Part shown: in pieces, positions 1 to 7,737 of the stretch | Layout: the number at the start of each line of letters is the position of its first letter | How positions within the stretch are numbered: the first letter of the stretch is position 1 | Source of the DNA: Nannocystales bacterium | Lineage (GTDB): Bacteria; Myxococcota_A; Polyangia; Nannocystales; Nannocystaceae | Assembly (NCBI GenBank): GCA_050633305.1 | Contig: JBOEGF010000025.1 | Coordinates: 1 to 22,500 of the forward strand | Reading direction: 5' to 3' | DNA: 22,500 nucleotides | Program-made: the position numbers and the translations under genes | The notes under the pieces: generated by a model | Databases searched by the model: none | What the model was told of the DNA's origin: nothing | What the model saw: the letters and a program-made list of their open reading frames with translations, nothing else

Positions 1-94
1 TGATCGACTTCTCGCGGCCGACGAACAGCGGCACAACCTCATGGGGGAAGACGATCAACTCACGCAGCGGGAGGAGCGGGATTTTTCGGGACAT
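1..94 (-). CDS. lon: ATP-dependent Lon protease, N-terminal fragment (gene continues off the left edge)
   Basis: Manual translation from ATG at 94 gives [31 protein letters not shown], which matches the conserved Lon N-terminus ([17 protein letters not shown]). Not in the ORF track. Confidence 0.9.
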   Translation of the reverse strand, partial: MSRKIPLLPLRELIVFPHEVVPLFVGREKSI

Positions 95-161
95 GGAACT
101 TCGTTTCGGCCGTTTCAGAGGGTGCAGGACGGTGGTTCGAGCCCCGCCGAGGCCAACGCCG

Positions 162-190
162 ACGGTAGCACCGAGCCTTAACACGGTCAA
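162..190 (-). promoter_or_regulatory. Putative sigma70-type promoter for lon
   Basis: Minus strand reads TTGACC (190-185), 17-nt spacer ending in TGc, then TACCGT (167-162): near-consensus -35, optimal spacing and extended -10, about 70 nt upstream of the lon ATG. Confidence 0.6.
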
Positions 191-295
191 ACCTACGTAG
201 CGTTCTGCAGTCGCAGATCCACGTACGATTTCAGGTCGTTGCGGAGCCAGTGATCCCGGGTGAGGACCGAAACGAAACGACGCCTCGGACGCCGC

Positions 296-1606
296 TCAGC
301 CCGTCGCGTTCGGGTCGTCGAGCTCCGGCTCACCAACCGCCGCCCGCAAGGACACGGGAGGCCCCGCATACCAACGCCACAGGCGCGCAAGAGCACCCGC
401 GGCGAGGACGCTCCACGGGAGTTCAGGGGTCGCAAACGGCGACATGGCGAGGACCAACAGCTCGAACAGCGGCGCGTGGTCGAGTCCGGGCCACCACGGA
501 AAACCCAACCGACGCGCAGCCGCTTCCGCATCGGGAAGACGGAAGATTTCGGCGTCTCGCCCACGCAGCAGCAGCCTGGCCTGAAGCAAAGAAAGCAACA
601 CCGCGGCCCCTCCCGCGACGAGCAACACCACCGCCGCAACGGACGAGCGGTCATCGGTCTCCGCGACAATCGCGTAGGTGAGCCCGGTCATCAGGGCAGC
701 ATGGCCCAGCGGTCGTGCTGCGGCAGAGAGGTGCTCGTCGACGGACTCGGGCAATGCGCCGCCATCCGCACGAAGGCGCCGAATGTGCGCCATCAGGGAC
801 GTCACGAGGATCCCTGCAACCAACGCAAAACCTGCGGCGAGCGTCCCGAGAAAGCCCCCCACCAACGCCAACGGCAGCGAAGAGGCGACCAACCCCACGC
901 CGAACAGGTTCAGCTGTGCCAACGGGCGTCGTGAGTCCGCCATCAACCGAAGTGCCGGGCGCTCAACATCTCGGCGCCAGCCTCGATGCTCCGGAACCGC
1001 CAGGCCTGCAGACCGAAGCGTCAACGCGCGGGCGCGAGCGACATCTTCGGGATCGACCTGGCGGACAACATCCGCGGGACCAAACGGCTCGGGCCACGGC
1101 AGCTCTTCGGTGAGCGGCAACATGGCGGGAACCCGGTGGAGCTCGCCGAAGAAGCACGCTGCGGGTCGCCCCACCTCGTCGTAGAGGGTGTAGCGCTCCC
1201 CGGTCTCGAGCGGGTGCTCGACCATCAACTCGAGCACCGCCGGATTGAGCACGGTCCCTTCGTAGACGACCAGCGCAGGCCGCCCCAGGGGCTCGCCCGT
1301 GGCCGACTCCACCACAGGCAGCGGACGCTCGCCGGCCTCCTTTGCAGCCTCGACGAAGGCCTCCGCAGCTTCGATCCCCATGGAGGTGCCTGGAGTGAGA
1401 ATGGTGCGCTCGAACCCAGCTGCACCTGCCGCGACCATGAGCCGGGCGAGTGATGTGCGCCCCAGCACGGAGCGGCGGGCGTCCACGTGCGCGTCATTGT
1501 CCGCGAGCACCACCAACAGCGGCGCTGGGAGGTGCCCGTGGATCTCCGAAGGTTCGGTGATGTCGATCGGCTCGACCAACGCGGCGACCTTATCAGGGCT
1601 CGCCAT
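296..1606 (-). CDS. Membrane protein resembling a degenerate nucleotidyltransferase plus CDP-alcohol phosphotransferase fusion (436 aa)
   Basis: Soluble N-half with VLGRTSLARLMVAAGAAGFERTIL and QVDPEDVARARAL segments reminiscent of NTP-transferase folds; C-half has about 5-6 hydrophobic helices. The canonical DxxDGxxAR motif is absent. Start overlaps the Smr gene stop by 14 bp. Confidence 0.55.
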   Translation of the reverse strand: MASPDKVAALVEPIDITEPSEIHGHLPAPLLVVLADNDAHVDARRSVLGRTSLARLMVAAGAAGFERTILTPGTSMGIEAAEAFVEAAKEAGERPLPVVESATGEPLGRPALVVYEGTVLNPAVLELMVEHPLETGERYTLYDEVGRPAACFFGELHRVPAMLPLTEELPWPEPFGPADVVRQVDPEDVARARALTLRSAGLAVPEHRGWRRDVERPALRLMADSRRPLAQLNLFGVGLVASSLPLALVGGFLGTLAAGFALVAGILVTSLMAHIRRLRADGGALPESVDEHLSAAARPLGHAALMTGLTYAIVAETDDRSSVAAVVLLVAGGAAVLLSLLQARLLLRGRDAEIFRLPDAEAAARRLGFPWWPGLDHAPLFELLVLAMSPFATPELPWSVLAAGALARLWRWYAGPPVSLRAAVGEPELDDPNATG

Positions 1607-2345
1607 CGGGGGCAGCCTTCGCAGTGCGACGCAGGGTCACGACCGTAGCACCCCAGCTTCCCTCCCCCATCCCGCCCAATCGGTAGCGCTCCACCGCGGG
1701 GTGTTTCTCGAGCAGTGCGTGCACAGTGCGGCGCAGGTTCCCGATCCCTTTTCCGTGGACCAGCCGGAGATCTGTCAGGCCACGCGCAACGCAAGCTTCA
1801 ATGTAGGCCACGACCACGTTCTTGACCTCTTTGGGTTTGAACAGATGCAGGTCCAACTCCCCGTCGATGGGAAGCGTCCCGGGGCCGGCCGGTTCGACCT
1901 CCAACATCCCCACCCAAGGCGCGTTCGGCAAGCGCCCGGCCTCGCCCCACCGGATCGAATCTGGCGCCGATCGGTCGTTGCACAGAAGCGTTTTCGTGGG
2001 AGTACGGAACCAGCGCCGACGAGGAGTCTGCCCGCCCGCGTCCACCCAGCCTGTGGTCGTCGCGACCTCCAGGCGATGTCCGGCGGGCAGCTCGGCGTGG
2101 GCGTACACCCACACGCGGGCTCGCCCAAACAGCGCCGCCGCGAGGAGGTCGAGCATCTCCAGCGCGTCATCGGGGTCGAACGGATGGCGCCATGGCCCCA
2201 AACAGATGCTCAGGTCGGACTGGAGTTCCACCGGAAGCGGCCCATCCACCCTCCAGCCCGTGGGCCCCGGGGACTCGACGCGCAATGCCGCCGACCACCG
2301 CGCCAACTGCGAGTCCAAGAGCGTGGGCAGGGACAAAGGAGTCAT
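1593..2345 (-). CDS. Smr/MutS2-C domain protein with an uncharacterised N-terminal domain (250 aa)
   Basis: C-terminal ELDLH...LVHGKGIGNLRRTVHALL...GSWGATVV is the Smr signature. Start placed at ATG 2345 (MTPLSLP) because the longer ORF overlaps the kinase. Confidence 0.85.
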   Translation of the reverse strand: MTPLSLPTLLDSQLARWSAALRVESPGPTGWRVDGPLPVELQSDLSICLGPWRHPFDPDDALEMLDLLAAALFGRARVWVYAHAELPAGHRLEVATTTGWVDAGGQTPRRRWFRTPTKTLLCNDRSAPDSIRWGEAGRLPNAPWVGMLEVEPAGPGTLPIDGELDLHLFKPKEVKNVVVAYIEACVARGLTDLRLVHGKGIGNLRRTVHALLEKHPAVERYRLGGMGEGSWGATVVTLRRTAKAAPDGEP

Positions 2346-2386
2346 CAGACCAATACGGGTCGTTGAGACACGTGCCCGGCTACGGC

Positions 2387-5269
2387 ATGATCCCCTTGAC
2401 GATGGCGCCTGTCGAGCCGAAGGACCCCGCGGGTTCGGTCTCCGAAGACGCGGATGCCCCGACCGTCGTCGAGGACGAGACGAAGGACGGCGAACCCGCC
2501 GGCATCGCGCCACCCGGCACGGCGCTCTCGCCCGGAACTCGCCTGGGCCGATACGTGGTGCTCGAGGAACTCGGCACCGGCGGCATGGGCATGGTGTTCG
2601 CCGCGTACGACCCCGAGCTCAACCGCAAGGTCGCGCTCAAGCTGCTCAAGCCGCGCAGCCGAGAGAGAAAGCGGAAGTCTTCGAGCAACCGATTGCTGCA
2701 GGAAGCCCAGGCGCTCGCGAAGCTGGCGCACCCCAACGTGATCACCGTCTACGACGTGGGCACGTACGGCGAGCAGGTCTTCGTCGCCATGGAGCTCGTG
2801 GAGGGCGACACGCTCCGTGGCTGGATGCGAGAGAAGACCCGGCGGTGGGACGAGGTGCTCGAAGTGTTCGTTCCCGCCGGAAGAGGCCTGGCCGCCGCCC
2901 ACGCAGCCAACCTGGTCCATCGCGACTTCAAGCCCGAGAACGTCCTCATCGGACGCGACGGGCGCGTGCGGGTGATGGATTTTGGACTCGCGCGCCCGAT
3001 GCGAGGCGACACCATGACCGGATCCCTCGGTCACTCCGAGGACGGGCTGCGGATCGACGAAGCCACCGATTTGCCCGGTCCTCCCGACGATGCGGAGGTT
3101 GGCTCAGGCGTCGCCGATCCCCTCCTCACCCAGACCGGCTCGACCCTTGGGACGCCTGCGTACATGGCACCCGAGCAGCACCTCGGCCAGGCCACCGACG
3201 CGAGAAGCGACCAGTTCAGCTTCTGCGTCTCGCTGTTCCATGCGCTGTTCGGCGAACGACCGTACGACGGTGCCGACGCGGCGGCCCTGACCATTCAGAA
3301 GTCCAAGGCCCAGATCTCCACGCCCTCCAATCTCTCGCGCGTGCCTTCCTGGGTGCGCCGGCACGTGTGGCGCGGCCTGGACCCCGACCCCGCGCAGCGG
3401 TTCGAAAACATGGACCGGCTGTTGGAGGCGCTCAGCGACGACCCCCGCGTCCGACGTCGAAAGGTCCTGGCCGTTGCAGGAGCGACGCTCGCGGTCGCCG
3501 GGGGCGTCGGCGGTATTCAGTACTGGCGAAACCGGGCCCCCAGCGTCTGTCTCGAAGGCCCCGACAAGCTCGCCGCGATCTGGAACGACTCCCGCGCGGA
3601 CTCGGTCAGCACGGCATTGGGAGGCCTGAGCCTGCCGGGAATGGACACCGCGTCCGGGACCGCTCGCGCTGCGCTCGACGCCTACGGAGACTCGTGGACA
3701 CAGATGTACACGGAGGCCTGCGAAGCCACGCACGTGCGCGGGGAACAGTCGGCCCGCCTGCTCGAGCTGCGTCAGAGCTGCCTGCAAGAGCGCCTTGATG
3801 AGGTCGATGCATGGGCCACACTGCTGGCGGACCCCACCCCGGCGATGGGAGCCCGTGCCGCGCACGCAGCCATGCACATCAGCGCCCTCTCGGCTTGTGC
3901 AGACACCGAAGCGCTCGCCTCCGCGGTCGACCCCCCGCAGGGAGACACGCTACGCGGTGGGGTTGCTGCACTGCGCGCGGACCTCGCCAAGGTCAAGGTG
4001 ATGGCGGACCTGGGGCAGTACGACGAAGCCGTCGCGCTTGCCCGGGCCACATACGACGCCTCCTCCACCGTCGACTACCCGCCTGTCTTCGCAGAGGCAC
4101 GCTTCCGGCTCGGGCAAGCCCAAGGCATGCGCGGTGACACCGAAGCGGCCGAAGACAACCTCGAAGAGGCGCAGTGGAAGGGAGCCTCCGTCAAGCACGA
4201 TGCGATCGCCGCGGCGGCAGCCAGCGCCCTCGTTCACTTGGTCGGGCACCAACGCGGTGACCACGAGGACGGGCTCGGCTGGTCCCGACACGCGGAGGCT
4301 GCGATCAAGCGGATCGGGGCACGCGGCTCGATGGAAGCTCGACTCCTCCACGATGTGGGCGTGATCCGGAGCGACGCCGGAGACTTCGAACGGGCGGCGA
4401 CCGACCTTCAACGTGCGGTGGAGGTCTACGGCACCGTGCCGGCCTCGGAGATCGACCAGATCGACGCGACCCGCTCCTTGGGCCAAGTGTATCTCCGCCA
4501 AGGCAAGCTCGACGAAGCTCAATCGTCCTTCGCCGACGCCGCAAAGCGCAGCGCCGCCATCGTGGGCGATGCACACCCCGACGTCGCCTTGGCCAACGTT
4601 GGCCTCGCCCAGGTTCTCGACGCACGTGGCCGTCACGACGACGCGGTCTCCAAGATGGAGTCCGCGCTGACCTCCGCGCGCGCGGTCTACCCCGAGACAG
4701 ACCCGGCTCTGATCCCCCTGCTCGAGGCCATCGCGCGCAGCCATGCTGAGCACGGCGACCATGGCCAGGCAGTTGAGCAACAACGCGCCATCCTCACCCT
4801 CCAGCGGGCGCGCCTGGGCGACCACCCTCAAGTCGCGCAGGTGCTCTACGAGATCGGTCGTTCCCAAGAGGAGGCCAAGAACGCTGGTGAAGCCCGCGAG
4901 AGCCACATGCAGGCACTACGGATGTGGGAACGGACCCGCGGCGACGACCACCCCGACCTCGCCTATGCCTTGACCAGTTTGGGGCTGCTCGACGTTCAAT
5001 CCGGGGACCCCTCCAGCGCAGTCGAACGCCTCGAGCGGGCACTGAAGCTCCGGGGAGGGCGGGGCCTCGACCCCAACCTGCTCGCACGGACGCAGTTCGC
5101 CCTCGCCCAGGCCCTCCACGCGACCGGAGGTGACCACCCCAGAGCGCGAGAGCTCGCGACCAAGGCGCGAGACACGTTCGCAAAAGGCAAGCACCCCGAC
5201 CCCGCCGCCGCCAAGGGCGTGGAGCGATGGCTGGCTGAAGCCATCAAGAAACCCAAACCGACCGGTTGA
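2387..5269 (+). CDS. Transmembrane Hanks-type Ser/Thr protein kinase with C-terminal TPR repeats (~955-960 aa)
   Basis: GTGGMG, VALK, HRDFKPEN, DFG, GTPAYMAPE and SDQFS motifs; TM segment VLAVAGATLAVAGGVGGIQYW; Cys-containing extracytoplasmic region; TPR-like repeats (HPDVA, HPQVA, HPDLA). Start at ATG 2387 or 2402. Confidence 0.95.
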   Translation: MIPLTMAPVEPKDPAGSVSEDADAPTVVEDETKDGEPAGIAPPGTALSPGTRLGRYVVLEELGTGGMGMVFAAYDPELNRKVALKLLKPRSRERKRKSSSNRLLQEAQALAKLAHPNVITVYDVGTYGEQVFVAMELVEGDTLRGWMREKTRRWDEVLEVFVPAGRGLAAAHAANLVHRDFKPENVLIGRDGRVRVMDFGLARPMRGDTMTGSLGHSEDGLRIDEATDLPGPPDDAEVGSGVADPLLTQTGSTLGTPAYMAPEQHLGQATDARSDQFSFCVSLFHALFGERPYDGADAAALTIQKSKAQISTPSNLSRVPSWVRRHVWRGLDPDPAQRFENMDRLLEALSDDPRVRRRKVLAVAGATLAVAGGVGGIQYWRNRAPSVCLEGPDKLAAIWNDSRADSVSTALGGLSLPGMDTASGTARAALDAYGDSWTQMYTEACEATHVRGEQSARLLELRQSCLQERLDEVDAWATLLADPTPAMGARAAHAAMHISALSACADTEALASAVDPPQGDTLRGGVAALRADLAKVKVMADLGQYDEAVALARATYDASSTVDYPPVFAEARFRLGQAQGMRGDTEAAEDNLEEAQWKGASVKHDAIAAAAASALVHLVGHQRGDHEDGLGWSRHAEAAIKRIGARGSMEARLLHDVGVIRSDAGDFERAATDLQRAVEVYGTVPASEIDQIDATRSLGQVYLRQGKLDEAQSSFADAAKRSAAIVGDAHPDVALANVGLAQVLDARGRHDDAVSKMESALTSARAVYPETDPALIPLLEAIARSHAEHGDHGQAVEQQRAILTLQRARLGDHPQVAQVLYEIGRSQEEAKNAGEARESHMQALRMWERTRGDDHPDLAYALTSLGLLDVQSGDPSSAVERLERALKLRGGRGLDPNLLARTQFALAQALHATGGDHPRARELATKARDTFAKGKHPDPAAAKGVERWLAEAIKKPKPTG

Positions 5270-5348
5270 GTCCGCGGGCCATCGGGATGCAGGTCCCCTC
5301 CGCGCCCGCACCCCATCAGCTGTGCGAGACGAGCGACCGGCGGGGACC

Positions 5349-5831
5349 CTATCCTGCACAACTCGAACAGGCCGTGGTGGCTTGCTCGCAACGGTCCTCC
5401 GACCGCGCACACGCATCGGTGTACTTGGTCTCGCCGTCGTGGGCCTCGGCGAGACCACAGATCTTCTCCGAGACGTCGCAGATCGCATCCTTGAGGCTGC
5501 AGATCCGCTCACACCGACTCGTGGCGCCCAGTTTTTTGGAGGGTGTTCCCGCGGCGGCAGAGGTGGTCTCTGGCCTCTCCTCCGTCCTCGACATGGCCTG
5601 CGCAGACAGGTCAGCATCGAGTTCTTCGAGCCGGGCTTCGAGTTCTTCGAAGGTCATGTCCTCGGTTGTGTAGTCCCGAGCGACATCCGACTCCTCAGCG
5701 TATCCGCCATCGACCGCAAAGTCCCCACCCGGGGCGGACGCAGCCTGCGGCGCCGCAGCATCCGGCGAGGCGGCCTTCTTCGCGCACGCCGCCACACCCA
5801 GCACCGACAGCAACAGTACCCGGCGTCGCAT
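5349..5831 (-). CDS. Lipoprotein with a coiled segment and C-terminal 8-Cys domain (160 aa)
   Basis: Signal peptide MRRRVLLLSVLGVAAC (lipobox VAAC); C-terminal Cx3Cx6Cx6Cx15Cx6Cx6Cx2C; ATG overlaps the upstream TGA (TGATG). Confidence 0.8.
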   Translation of the reverse strand: MRRRVLLLSVLGVAACAKKAASPDAAAPQAASAPGGDFAVDGGYAEESDVARDYTTEDMTFEELEARLEELDADLSAQAMSRTEERPETTSAAAGTPSKKLGATSRCERICSLKDAICDVSEKICGLAEAHDGETKYTDACARSEDRCEQATTACSSCAG

Positions 5832-6382
5832 CACAGCTCACCTCCGAGCTCCCGTTCGAGCAACAGCGCGTTGATCTCCAGCGCCTTTTCATAGGCTTCG
5901 AGCGCGTCGTCGTCCCGCCCCTGGGACTCGTAGAGTTCCCCGCGCAGCGCCCACAGTCGCGCCGTGAAGGGGCTGGCTTCGGAGTCTTGGTCCCCAAGCC
6001 CTTCGGCCACCATCTCCAGCAGCTTTTCCTCGCCCACGGGGCTGACCTCGGGATGGTCCAAGCGCAGCCGGACCAGGCGGCCGTAGGCGTCGTGTCGCAA
6101 TGCGACTGCGACGCTGGTGGAGTCTTCGCTCGAAGGCCAGGGCCCCGCGCGCAGCGCTTCGAGAGACTCGATTGCGCCCGCGAAGTCTCCGTTGCCGACC
6201 TTGAGGTCGACAGCGCGGTGCTCGACCTCGAGACGTTGGCCGAGTGCGACCAAGACATCGGGTCGCGCGGGGGCGATGCGGTCGGCCTGAGCCAAGCCCA
6301 CGAACATGCCCGCGGCACCCAACACCATGCCAACGGCGAGCGTCCCCCAACGGCTGACTCCGCCTACGGCTCGCGGCCTCAT
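5831..6382 (-). CDS. Exported or membrane-anchored TPR-like protein (183 aa)
   Basis: N-terminal hydrophobic segment ending AQA; C-terminal TPR-like LWALRGELYESQGRDDDALEAYEKALEIN; ATG at 6382 overlaps the upstream stop (ATGA). Confidence 0.75.
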   Translation of the reverse strand: MRPRAVGGVSRWGTLAVGMVLGAAGMFVGLAQADRIAPARPDVLVALGQRLEVEHRAVDLKVGNGDFAGAIESLEALRAGPWPSSEDSTSVAVALRHDAYGRLVRLRLDHPEVSPVGEEKLLEMVAEGLGDQDSEASPFTARLWALRGELYESQGRDDDALEAYEKALEINALLLERELGGEL

Positions 6383-6900
6383 GGCGCCCCTCCCATCGTG
6401 CTCGCGGGCTTGAGCGAGGCGAGCAGGTCCTCGCGAAGTGCACCGCGACCGTTGTCGACCGCGCCTCCGATCTCGGCGCGAGCCTGCGGGGCCAGCATGT
6501 CGAACTGAGCTTGCAACGTGACCGACATTCCATCCGCTCCCCCTGCCCCGAGTTGGGCGACGGAGCCGGGCTCGCCCTGCGGGACCGGACCTGGCCCAGT
6601 CGAGATCACGACCACCGCCGCCGCGGCAGCAGCAACGGCCACCCCGACACCCACGCGCCAGTCGAACATGCGGCGCCACCAGGGCGTGAAGCCAGACTCG
6701 GCTTCGAGCTGCTCCGCCATTTCGGACCAAACCGCCTGGGCCGCGTCGGGCTCGAGCGTCTCGGGGCCCGCGGCGTGCCGAAAGAGATGGACGACCGCCA
6801 GCTCGGCTTCGACCGAGCCCCGCTCCCCCTCCGACTCCTGGCCGGCGCGAAGTGCGTCTTCCCAGTGGGGGTCGAGCACCCCCTTGTGCTTCTCACTCAT
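6379..6900 (-). CDS. Single-pass membrane protein, putative anti-sigma factor (173 aa)
   Basis: About 75-aa helical N-terminal region, one TM helix (VGVGVAVAAAAAAVVVI), short C-terminal helical region; downstream of an ECF sigma; purine-rich GAAGAGAGG upstream of ATG 6900. Confidence 0.65.
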   Translation of the reverse strand: MSEKHKGVLDPHWEDALRAGQESEGERGSVEAELAVVHLFRHAAGPETLEPDAAQAVWSEMAEQLEAESGFTPWWRRMFDWRVGVGVAVAAAAAAVVVISTGPGPVPQGEPGSVAQLGAGGADGMSVTLQAQFDMLAPQARAEIGGAVDNGRGALREDLLASLKPASTMGGAP

Positions 6901-7079
6901 GACCACTCGCCTCTCTTCGACTCCCGAACGCCGGCCGTAGGAAAAACCTTACGGCACATCGAACGCGGAGCCCGTTGTTGCAGCCAGAGGGCCGCAAGCG
7001 GCCCTGTGCGGGGAAAGTCCGTCGCGCGCGCCCGTAAACACGAGGGCCGCGGCCGGGCCGGTAGCAGCAGTAGATCCAT
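6897..7079 (-). CDS. Doubtful 60-aa ORF exactly bridging the ECF sigma and the putative anti-sigma
   Basis: ATG directly follows the sigma TAG in the same frame, and its TGA overlaps the next ATG (ATGA). The peptide is Arg/Pro-rich with no recognisable family. Confidence 0.25.
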   Translation of the reverse strand: MDLLLLPARPRPSCLRARATDFPRTGPLAALWLQQRAPRSMCRKVFPTAGVRESKRGEWS

Positions 7080-7688
7080 CTATCGAAGCTCCATGGCGAG
7101 GGACACCCCCTGTTTTTCACAAGCCGTTCGAAACGCGCGGCACGCCCGAAACAACAACACATCGAGGGTCGCAAGCTTGACGTCGAGCGCCTCCGCGCAT
7201 CCTTTGCGATCGCGATCCTCGAGCAACCGCATGCGAAGCACAGACGCGTACCGCGGGTTCATCGTCTCGAGAACCGCATCGATCTTCGCGCGCAGCTGGC
7301 CGCGTCGGACCTCCTCTTCGCCTGCCGTGGTGGGCGGAGGTGGGCCGCCGACCGACTCCACGTGCTCCAAGAACGACCCTCGCAAACGCTGGCGACGGCC
7401 TGAAGCCCGGAGCAGATCTCGCGCTTTGTTCTTCGAAAGCGTCTTGATCCAGGCGTAGATGCTGGGCTCACGCCACACGTACTTGGGTAGCGCGCGGTTG
7501 GCCGCCATGAACGTCTCGCGCAAGCAGTCATGCGCATCGTCGCGATCGCCAAGCATCGGAACCAGCACATAGCTGTAGATCGTCGCCGCGTAGTGTCGGT
7601 ACAGCAGCTCGAACGCCCGACGGTCTCCCCGTTGGGCTCGCTCGACAATCGCCCGCTCCTCAGGAAGCGGCTGGGGGCGCCCACTCAC
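7080..7688 (-). CDS. ECF-type RNA polymerase sigma factor (202 aa)
   Basis: Region 2 AQRGDRRAFELLY...DAHDCLRETF...YAWIKTLSKNKARDLLR; region 4 MNPRYASVLRMRLLE...CAEALDVKLATLDVLLFRA. Start placed at GTG 7688; the longer ORF is antisense to the pseudouridine synthase. Confidence 0.9.
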   Translation of the reverse strand: MSGRPQPLPEERAIVERAQRGDRRAFELLYRHYAATIYSYVLVPMLGDRDDAHDCLRETFMAANRALPKYVWREPSIYAWIKTLSKNKARDLLRASGRRQRLRGSFLEHVESVGGPPPPTTAGEEEVRRGQLRAKIDAVLETMNPRYASVLRMRLLEDRDRKGCAEALDVKLATLDVLLFRACRAFRTACEKQGVSLAMELR

Positions 7689-7737
7689 GCCGCCACAGGG
7701 TAGCGCGAGTGGCTCGTTCTCGGCCAAGCTCCCCCCA

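Noticed and set aside
1822..3798. 658-aa and other long alternative-frame ORFs (also 8792-10321, 9324-10700, 20533-21822)
   Set aside because: Arg/Pro/Gly-rich shadows overlapping well-supported genes, expected in high-GC DNA.
2387..5269. Kinase as a regulator (phosphorylation) of the neighbouring ECF sigma
   Set aside because: Convergent orientation, such kinase-TPR genes are abundant in myxobacteria, and the sigma already has a candidate anti-sigma; nothing beyond proximity supports it.
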